From the NCBI GenBank assembly GCA_963823665.1, contig CAWGMQ010000011.1, positions 672,001 to 736,000 of the forward strand: DNA of 64,000 bases, given 5' to 3'. This document shows positions 56,504 to 64,000 of this stretch, in pieces. Made by a program: the position numbers and the translations under genes. Position 1 is the stretch's first letter. The number at the start of each line of letters is the position of its first letter. The stretch is from an uncultured Planctomycetota bacterium. Its GTDB lineage: Bacteria; Planctomycetota; Planctomycetia; Isosphaerales; Isosphaeraceae. The notes beneath the pieces are model-generated. The model had not been told where the DNA came from. It was given only the letters and a program-made list of their open reading frames with translations, and did no database searches.

Positions 56504-56617
56504 TCGAACTCGGTGTTGTCGGACCGCCGCGCGCGAGGTTACGATTCGTTGCCTCCCGATCTCGCTACCTGTTTCCTCGTTGCGCCCGCATCCGGGCGCC
56601 GGAAGGATTCGGTCCTC

Positions 56618-57583
56618 ATGACCCGCCGAGAGTTCCTAGCGTTGGCCAGCGCGGCCCCGTTCGCGCGGATGATTCCGTTGCGGCTGGATTCGCCTGCCCG
56701 GCCACTTCGCCTCGGAGTGATCGCTGACCTGCACCATGGCCTCGCCCCCGACGCGCTTTCACGCTTACAGGCTTTCGTGGACGCGGCCCAGAGGCGGCCA
56801 GGGATCGACGCAGTACTTCAGCTCGGCGATTTCAACTATTCGCAGTTGACTTCAAAGGAGTGTGTCGACCTTTTCAACCAGCTAGATCACCCCAAGCTGC
56901 ACGTGCTCGGCAATCACGACATGGACAAATGCGACAAGACCGCCGCCATGAACTTCTGGGGCATGAACACGCGCTACGGTGCGCTATCGATGCACGGATA
57001 CCGGTTCATTGTGCTCGACCTGAACCATTTCAAGAAGGACGGCAAGCTTTACGAGTATGCGAATGGCAACTATTTCGCGGCGGGCGCGAGCTGCAACTGG
57101 GCAGATCCTCAGCAGCTCGACTGGTTAACCCAGGAGCTGCACAAGAGCAAGGAGCCCGTGATCCTGCTCTCCCATCAGCCGCTCGGATTCGCCGAGCCGA
57201 ACCAGCCGATCCCGCCGGAGCAACAGCAGGTTCTGAAGATCGTCGACGAGGCTGCAAAGGCCAACCCACGCGGCGCCGTCGCGGTCAGCATGTTCGGCCA
57301 CCTCCACGTCGACCGCCTGGAGCGCGTTTCGGGCGTGCCCTATTACTGCATGAACTCGGCGAGTTACTTCTGGTACAAAGGGATGCGGGCCTACACCAAG
57401 CCGCTCTTCGCGTTCATGGAGCTGGGGACGGACGGGGTGTTGAAGGTCGAGGGCATGGCCGGCGAATTCGCCGAGCCACCGCCAAGGGAATCCGACACCG
57501 TGCTGGGACGTTCGGCATCGATCCAGCCCCGCGAGATTGAGATGCGAACAGCGGACCCCGGCCACGGGCGGCAGTCGCTTTGA
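56618..57583 (+). CDS. Metallophosphoesterase with Tat-like signal
   Basis: MTRREFL, DLHH, LGDF, GNHD, SHQP, FGHLH. Confidence 0.88.
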   Translation: MTRREFLALASAAPFARMIPLRLDSPARPLRLGVIADLHHGLAPDALSRLQAFVDAAQRRPGIDAVLQLGDFNYSQLTSKECVDLFNQLDHPKLHVLGNHDMDKCDKTAAMNFWGMNTRYGALSMHGYRFIVLDLNHFKKDGKLYEYANGNYFAAGASCNWADPQQLDWLTQELHKSKEPVILLSHQPLGFAEPNQPIPPEQQQVLKIVDEAAKANPRGAVAVSMFGHLHVDRLERVSGVPYYCMNSASYFWYKGMRAYTKPLFAFMELGTDGVLKVEGMAGEFAEPPPRESDTVLGRSASIQPREIEMRTADPGHGRQSL

Positions 57584-57697
57584 TTTCGAAGCTGGGCAGC
57601 ACGTGGCACGGTCCGCGGTGCCTTTTCGTTCGACCCGGCGGCGATTCTCGCCAGGCCTCATCCGGCGTACCCACAATGCAGTGCTTTGTCAATTGTA

Positions 57698-58482
57698 TGT
57701 TCAGATTGCGCCGCGTCGCTGCTCCCGCCCTCCGACGGCTCCTTCGGGTCCAAAGCCATCGCACGATCGCCCTGCCCGATCGCAACCGCCGCCGCTTGGC
57801 GGGCGGCGCCCGGAGCCGCACTCTTCCGAACGTGGAGCTTGCTGCTCATCCGGCAAATTGCGCTCGGCTCGTGATCATCTACCCGGGGCTGAACGCCACT
57901 CTGGACGGAGAAAGCCGCCAGTTCACCCAGGCCCATCCGTTCCGCTATCGTCGCCTCGCTGAACGACTCCAAGCCGAGCGGATTGCTGCCGTCGTTCGGC
58001 TCGCCAACCCACCGTGTGGGTATTATGGGGATGGGCAGGTCGCCGTCGATCGATTGGCCCGGGCCATTGATTACGCCTTGGCTCACTCCCGGGCCCTGTG
58101 CGGCCATCGCCGTCCCGAACTCTGTCTGCTGGGGTTCTCAGCAGGGGCAGGCGCGGTCGCCGCCCTGGCCGGCGCCTACCAACCGAAGCGACTGCTGCTC
58201 GTCGCTCCCTCCGGGGATGTCGGCCCCCGACGCATTGTCGCTGGCCTCAGGGAGTACGCGGGCCAGCTCGTCCTCCTGGTCGGGGAACAGGACGAGGTCG
58301 TCGGCCGCGATGCGGCCTGCCTGTTCGATGAGCTCTCGCCGGCCGCGTGCCCCAAGGAGGTTCGTTTCGTGCCGGGTTGTGACCATTTTTTCACCAGGCC
58401 CGATCATGACCAACTTTTGGAAGAGACGAGCTTGAGGGTATTCGCTGGATCGGACGAGGCTCCATCCGGAGCACCAATCTGA
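57698..58482 (+). CDS. Alpha/beta hydrolase
   Basis: GFSAG, GEQDEVV, CDHFF triad motifs; start uncertain. Confidence 0.78.
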
Positions 58483-58523
58483 AAGTCATGCAGGGTGTCC
58501 CGTGCACCCGAGCCCCGCGGCCG

Positions 58524-58889
58524 TCATGCCTTGAGATCCTTCGGGGCTTGGCACCGCCAGGCGTCTTTGATAAGTGGCTCGAGCTCGCGGACGGTCATCG
58601 TGGGCAGATTCACAAGAATGGCGGGAAACTCATTGTAATGTGGTTCCGTGAAGAACTTTGTCGGATCCAGGTCGAGTAAGCGGTCCTTCTCCGCGAGGCT
58701 CGCCACCCGAACCGCGATGACGTCCGGTTGCGGCACTCGAGCCTTCTTCGGCTCGACCCGCTCCATCCACACCCACACAAATCCCTTCAGTTTTCCCTTG
58801 TTGCGAACGGAAAAGGCGAAACGGTCAACAGCCTCCTCGGTCTCGGGCAGCGATAGGGCAATCCGGCGAACGTCAGCCTGAGTTGCCAT
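58524..58889 (-). CDS. MmcQ/YjbR family protein
   Basis: DVRRIALSLPE, FFTEPHY...PAILV, DAWR..AP. Confidence 0.82.
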   Translation of the reverse strand: MATQADVRRIALSLPETEEAVDRFAFSVRNKGKLKGFVWVWMERVEPKKARVPQPDVIAVRVASLAEKDRLLDLDPTKFFTEPHYNEFPAILVNLPTMTVRELEPLIKDAWRCQAPKDLKA

Positions 58890-59018
58890 TGGAGTCGCCT
58901 TCAGTCCACTTGGCCCGTTTTGATTGCGGATCGCTCCCCGACGCCATCAATAGGGTCCATGCAGCCGGCCCGCTGCATCGAGTCGACCCTTATGCCGATC
59001 TCTGCCATGGATAGCGCG

Positions 59019-60212
59019 CTACTTCAATTGCGCCAATCGATCGCGTAAGGCGATCGTGGCTGCTTCAAAAACCCTCGATTGTTCCCGATTCCACCGTTGT
59101 GAGTCGATCGCCTCGAGCGCTTGCTGAACCTCGTCTTTGTCAAGGCAAGCGGCAAGGTCGCTTAACGCATCCGCAGCGTAGTTCCTCAAAATCACCATAC
59201 CGGAACCGGCATCGCGCCAAAAACGTTTGTCAGACACTCCTCCAATCGCTAGCTGAACCGCGTTGCGCCGCTGCGCGGCCGGCAACCGCGACGCGAGTGC
59301 TGCGATGCTCGCCACCGCCTGCAAATCGAGCGTCTCATCGACCAATCCGCTCGTCAAGAATTCATAGGCCCTCATGGCCTGGGCCTTATCCAGTATAAAT
59401 CTACAGTTGTACAACAGAGCTTTGAGGGCTTGATTCTGAAATCGCTGTTTCGCCGTGCCTTGCTCAGAAAGTTCCCGCTGCCATTCATCCCATTTCTGAT
59501 CGTGGGAGCGTTGCCAGTCCTCGGCGATTCCGAGCAGTTGGTCGATGGCCTGTTTCTCTCTCGCGTTCTCGAGGTCCAATCGCCTCATCAAGCTGCCTAA
59601 AAGATTGACGCCCCTTCGCCGATCTTCGAAGTCGTTCGACCGTAGACTGGCCACGGCTTTGTCGCAAGATTTGGCAACTTGGTCCGGTGTCAAGACCTTC
59701 GTATCTCTCGCGAGCGCTGCAATCGCCCGAAAAGCAAACTCGGCAAGCTCCCGGTTCTTGGCATCGGCGGCATCAAGCAAGCGCGGAAAGCTCCGATCGA
59801 CGTACGCTTGATTCAGCCGGATTTGCGCCAGGCGCGCCGCGCCTGCGTACTCTGGATCAGTCCCGGTGTAGCCCTGCGTGCAGCAGAGTTTCTCGACGGC
59901 CAGACACGCCCACCCCCGACCTTTGGTATAGCGAGCATTCAGTGCCTTTGCGACAAGCGAGAAATCCTCGTCTTGCAAATCCACCCGGACTCCGCTGCCC
60001 AGCTCGCTCAGTCTCGCGCATTCCGCGTCAGTGAGAATTGTACTTCCGTTGATGGAGACGGCCGCGTTGCCACCCTTCGCATGCGGGCTACCGCTGGTGC
60101 CGCCACCCGCTCTCCCCGATTCGCCGGCGGCGTGCCAAACCGCTCCCAGTACGGTTCCCACCGCGGCGAGCGACAGAAGCCCGGCGACAAACGATACATC
60201 GGACTTTCTCAT
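59019..60212 (-). CDS. Exported HEAT-like helical hypothetical protein
   Basis: N-terminal hydrophobic segment; helical repeats; lower GC. Confidence 0.65.
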   Translation of the reverse strand: MRKSDVSFVAGLLSLAAVGTVLGAVWHAAGESGRAGGGTSGSPHAKGGNAAVSINGSTILTDAECARLSELGSGVRVDLQDEDFSLVAKALNARYTKGRGWACLAVEKLCCTQGYTGTDPEYAGAARLAQIRLNQAYVDRSFPRLLDAADAKNRELAEFAFRAIAALARDTKVLTPDQVAKSCDKAVASLRSNDFEDRRRGVNLLGSLMRRLDLENAREKQAIDQLLGIAEDWQRSHDQKWDEWQRELSEQGTAKQRFQNQALKALLYNCRFILDKAQAMRAYEFLTSGLVDETLDLQAVASIAALASRLPAAQRRNAVQLAIGGVSDKRFWRDAGSGMVILRNYAADALSDLAACLDKDEVQQALEAIDSQRWNREQSRVFEAATIALRDRLAQLK

Positions 60213-60578
60213 TTCAAATCTCTTGTCGATAGCACGGCCATTTTGTTGGCCTACCCAGTTTTGATAGCCTAAGTTCGCGCGGGATGAATCGCAAGCGCGG
60301 AAAGTTTACGCGCGTCGGCCACATCGACTTCGAGTGGAGAGTCCGGGGAATCGAAAAGGACATCGCGTCAGGGAAAATGTGCTGACCAGTTCAAATCCAC
60401 CTGAACCGAGGCATTGGGGCCAGGCAGGCTATATACTCGTTGTCTGACCCCGTGAAACCGAAAGCGACCTGGAAGCTCATCCAAGTGAGACGGGAACGGA
60501 AAGGAAAGATACCAGAGCTCCCTGAAGGAACTCGGCGCGTAGTTTCCGCTGGGATTCGCCTGTCGAATGGAACCGTCG

Positions 60579-61154
60579 ATGAATGAGGTGACTCGCATCC
60601 TGGACGCCATCGGGGAAGGTGACGCCGTGGCCGCGGCCCAGCTCTTGCCGCTGGTCTACGACGAGCTCCGGCGGCTCGCGGCCCTGAGGATGGCGCAGGA
60701 GAAACCGGGCCAGACGCTTCAGCCGACGGCCCTGGTCCACGAGGCTTACCTGCGCCTGGTCGGCCCTGGCGAGGAGCGGCGATGGGACAACCGTGGCCAC
60801 TTCTTCGTCGCCGCCGCCGAGGCCATGCGGCGGATCCTGGTCGAGAACGCCCGCCGCAAGCGCAGCTTCAAACGCGGTGGCGACCGCCAGCGCCTCGATC
60901 TCAATGTGGAACAACCGGTCGAGATGGAGAGGAGCGCCCCGCTCCTGGCGCTCGACGAGGCCCTCGTTCGGCTCGAAGCTCGCGACGCCGCCAAGGCACA
61001 GCTCGTGAAGCTGCGCTACTTCGCCGGCATGACGATCGAGCAGGCGGCCGAAACGCTGGGCATCTCGGTCACGACCGCGAACCGCTGGTGGAACTTTGCC
61101 CGCGCCTGGCTGCACGAAGAGATCCGCCGCGACCCGGATATCACAGTCGCTTGA
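60579..61154 (+). CDS. ECF sigma factor, TIGR02999-like
   Basis: LLPLVYDELRRLA, QTLQPTALVHEAYLRL, AMRRILVENARRK, W.FARAWL. Confidence 0.92.
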   Translation: MNEVTRILDAIGEGDAVAAAQLLPLVYDELRRLAALRMAQEKPGQTLQPTALVHEAYLRLVGPGEERRWDNRGHFFVAAAEAMRRILVENARRKRSFKRGGDRQRLDLNVEQPVEMERSAPLLALDEALVRLEARDAAKAQLVKLRYFAGMTIEQAAETLGISVTTANRWWNFARAWLHEEIRRDPDITVA

Positions 61155-61271
61155 GACTGCTGAAGTCACGCCCGCCATCCGGTCTGGAAATTTTTTTCGA
61201 TTTGAGTGGAACGATTTCGCGCTGGATTGCGCATGGAGGTACAGGAACAGACCTGTTAGAGGAGAGCCGTC

Positions 61272-64000
61272 ATGCCGACCACCGATCGAGAAGAAGCTCT
61301 TTTCGCCGCGATTCTGGAAAAACCGACCCGGGCCGAACGCGCGGCCTACCTGGAGGGCGCCTGCGGCGCCGACCACCCGCTGCGGGAACGCATCGAGGCC
61401 CTGCTGGCTGCCCACGACGCCTCGAACGGCGTCCTGGATGCTCCGCCTCCTGTGCCAACCACGACACCCCCTCCCCTCACGGAAAAGCCCGGCACGGTCA
61501 TCGGCCCGTACAAGCTGCTCCAGCAGATCGGCGAGGGGGGCATGGGCGTCGTCTACATGGCCGAGCAGCTCGAGCCAGTCCGCCGCAAGGTCGCACTCAA
61601 GATCATCAAGCCCGGCATGGACAGCCGCCAGGTGATCGCCCGGTTCGAGGCCGAGCGCCAGGCCCTGGCGATGATGGACCACCAGAACATCGCCCGCGTC
61701 CTCGACGCCGCCACAACGGAAAGTGGTCGGCCCTATTTCGTCATGGAGCTGGTCCACGGCGTGCCGATCACCCGGTTCTGCGACGACAACAAGCTGACAA
61801 CCCGCGAGCGGCTGGCGTTGTTCGTGCCCGTCTGCCAGGCGATCCAGCATGCCCACCAGAAGGGCGTCATCCACCGCGACGTCAAGCCGTCCAACGTCCT
61901 GGTGACCATGTACGACGACAAGCCGGTGCCCAAGGTGATCGATTTCGGCGTGGCCAAGGCGATCGAGCAACGACTCACGGAAAAGACGATGTTCACCCAT
62001 TACGGCGCCTTGGTCGGCACCTTCGAGTACATGAGCCCCGAGCAGGCGGAGATGAACGCCTTCGGCGTGGACACGCGCAGCGACATCTACTCGCTTGGCG
62101 TGTTGCTCTACGAGCTCTTGACCGGGACGACGCCGCTGGAGCGCACTCGGCTGCGCGAGGCGGCGCTCGACGAGATGGTGCGGTTGATCCGGGAGGAGGA
62201 AGCGCCGCGGCCGAGCCTCCGGCTCAGTAGCTCGGGCGACCTGCCCAGGATCGCCGCCGCGCGCAAGACCGAGCCGGCGCGGTTGTCGAAGCTCGTCCGT
62301 GGCGATATCGACTGGATCGTGATGAAGTGCCTGGAAAAGGACCGGTCGCGGCGCTACGAGACGGCCAACGGCGTGGCCCGCGATCTGGAGCGCTACCTCG
62401 CGGACGAGCCCGTGGAGGCGTGTCCGCCGAGCTCGAGTTACCGGCTGCGCAAATTTACCCGCAAGCACAAGAAGGCAATCGCGACCACGGCGGCGTTTGC
62501 GGCTCTTTTGGTGGCAGGCGTGGTGATGAGCACGTTGATGGCGGTGTGGGCTAACCGGCAACGGATGGCCTCGGAGGTGGCGAGGCAAGAGGCGAACCAG
62601 CAGCGAAGGGCCGCGGAGGCGGCGAAGCAACAGGCCTTGGATGCCAGAGCTGAGGCAGACAGACAGCGCGACGAGGCACGTCTTACCGCCTATGCGTCCG
62701 GGATGGGGCTGGCCCAGCGTGCCTGGGAAGAGAGTAATGTCGTCCGCGCCCGCGAATTGCTCGAAGAGGTGCCCCGGGAGGCGACTGGCAGAACTCTGCG
62801 TGGGTTCGAGTGGTTCTATCTGTCCCGCTTGTGCCATCCCGACGAGCTGACCCTCTCAGGCCATTCCGGGTTGGTCATGAGCGTGGCGTTCAGCGGGGAC
62901 GGTCAGCGCGTGGCTTCGGGGAGCACGGATCACACCGTGAAGATCTGGGATAGCGCCACCGGCAAGGAGCTATTCGACCTCAAGGGGCATTCTGGTGCGG
63001 TCTGGAGCGTGGCGTTTAGCGGGGATGGCCAGCGCGTGGCTTCGGGGAGCACGGATCAGACGGTGAGGATCTGGGATAGCGCCACTGGCAAGGAGCTCTT
63101 CGCCCTCAAAGGCCATACCGGTGAGGTCCCGAGCGTCGCGTTCAGCCCGGACGGCCAGCGCGTGGCTTCGGCGAGCCGGGACCAGACGGCGAAGATCTGG
63201 GACATCGCCACCGGCAAGGAGCTCTTCGCCCTCAAGGGCCATGTCCATTGGGTTTTGAGCGTGGCGTTCAGTCCTGACGGCCAGCGCCTGGCGTCGACAA
63301 GCTCTGACAAGACGGTGAAGATCTGGGATAGCGCGACCGGCAAGGAGCTGTTCACCCTCGAGGGCGATGCAGTTTGGCTCGGGAGCGTGGCATTCAGCCC
63401 AGACGGCCAGCGTCTTGCGTCGACGGGCCCTGACCCGACGGTGAAGATCTGGGACAGCGCGACCGGCAAGGAGCTATTGGCCCTCAAGGGCCATGCCGGT
63501 AGCGTCACGAGCGTGGCGTTCAGCCCGGACGGCCAGCGCGTGGCTTCGGGGAGCATGGATCAGTCGGTGAGGATCTGGGATAACGCCACGGGCAAGGAGC
63601 TATTCGCCCTCAAAGGCCATGCCGGTTGGGTCAGGAGCGTGGCGTTCTCTCCGGACGGCCAGCGCCTGGCTTCGGGGAGCGATGACCAGACGGTGAAGAT
63701 CTGGGACTGCGCGACCGGCAGGGAGTTCTTCGCCGTCAAGGGCCATCCACGTTGGGTCGCGAGCGTGGCGTTCAGCCCGGATGGCCAGCGCCTGGCGTCG
63801 GCGAGCCACGACCGGACCGTGAAGATCTGGGATTGTGCGACCGGCGATGAGCTGGTCGCCCTCAGGGGCCATGACTCTGATGTCACGAGCGTGGCGTTCA
63901 GCCCGGACGGCCAGCGCCTGGCGTCGGGGAGCTGGGACAAGACGTTGAGGATTTGGGACAGCGCGACCGGCAAGGAGCGGTTCGCCCTCAAGGGCCATGC
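61272..64000 (+). CDS. Ser/Thr kinase with TM and WD40 repeats (runs off window end; absent from the ORF track)
   Basis: ATG 61272 after GGAG; IGEGGMG, HRDVKPSN, DFGVA, YMSPEQ; WD40 repeats from 62859. Confidence 0.93.
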   Translation, partial: MPTTDREEALFAAILEKPTRAERAAYLEGACGADHPLRERIEALLAAHDASNGVLDAPPPVPTTTPPPLTEKPGTVIGPYKLLQQIGEGGMGVVYMAEQLEPVRRKVALKIIKPGMDSRQVIARFEAERQALAMMDHQNIARVLDAATTESGRPYFVMELVHGVPITRFCDDNKLTTRERLALFVPVCQAIQHAHQKGVIHRDVKPSNVLVTMYDDKPVPKVIDFGVAKAIEQRLTEKTMFTHYGALVGTFEYMSPEQAEMNAFGVDTRSDIYSLGVLLYELLTGTTPLERTRLREAALDEMVRLIREEEAPRPSLRLSSSGDLPRIAAARKTEPARLSKLVRGDIDWIVMKCLEKDRSRRYETANGVARDLERYLADEPVEACPPSSSYRLRKFTRKHKKAIATTAAFAALLVAGVVMSTLMAVWANRQRMASEVARQEANQQRRAAEAAKQQALDARAEADRQRDEARLTAYASGMGLAQRAWEESNVVRARELLEEVPREATGRTLRGFEWFYLSRLCHPDELTLSGHSGLVMSVAFSGDGQRVASGSTDHTVKIWDSATGKELFDLKGHSGAVWSVAFSGDGQRVASGSTDQTVRIWDSATGKELFALKGHTGEVPSVAFSPDGQRVASASRDQTAKIWDIATGKELFALKGHVHWVLSVAFSPDGQRLASTSSDKTVKIWDSATGKELFTLEGDAVWLGSVAFSPDGQRLASTGPDPTVKIWDSATGKELLALKGHAGSVTSVAFSPDGQRVASGSMDQSVRIWDNATGKELFALKGHAGWVRSVAFSPDGQRLASGSDDQTVKIWDCATGREFFAVKGHPRWVASVAFSPDGQRLASASHDRTVKIWDCATGDELVALRGHDSDVTSVAFSPDGQRLASGSWDKTLRIWDSATGKERFALKGH
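62859..64000 (+). repeat. Tandem 126-bp WD40-coding repeats (9 complete plus start of a 10th)
   Basis: GH/GD codons at 62859, 62985, 63111 ... 63993, exact 126-bp period. Confidence 0.9.

Noticed and set aside
60477..62837. 786-aa minus-strand ORF
   Set aside because: Antisense shadow of the ECF and kinase genes; the real kinase ORF is on + and lacks a stop in the window
62859..64000. Diversity-generating retroelement acting on WD40 repeats
   Set aside because: No RT or non-coding template repeat in the window, and variation is not adenine-restricted as far as can be seen

Overview
GC-rich bacterial sequence with Planctomycetota (Isosphaeraceae-like) hallmarks: LEPRxLLS extracellular proteins, DUF1501, ECF sigma/Ser-Thr kinase pairs, a TPR multiheme cytochrome and a PEP-CTERM protein. 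The first ~20 kb is mostly housekeeping (kinase, family-4 UDG, MoaB, PAC2, RsmG-TrmH fusion, ABC-2 exporter, topoisomerase IV-like A and B). A small ART-like/EF-Tu-domain-II-like gene pair sits between the two topoisomerase genes. The ~20-46 kb stretch is an accessory mosaic of small genes and gene fragments. It is punctuated by eight co-oriented full or partial copies of a ~145 bp inverted-repeat element, one of which carries a 733 nt ORF-less group II intron inserted in its terminal repeat with matching EBS1/EBS2. The last ~18 kb holds TPR and WD40 kinases, a second ABC operon with an unannotated 41-aa peptide, and hydrolases. About nine single frameshifts in otherwise intact genes suggest consensus indel errors. 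All calls come from motif recognition by eye; no searches were run.
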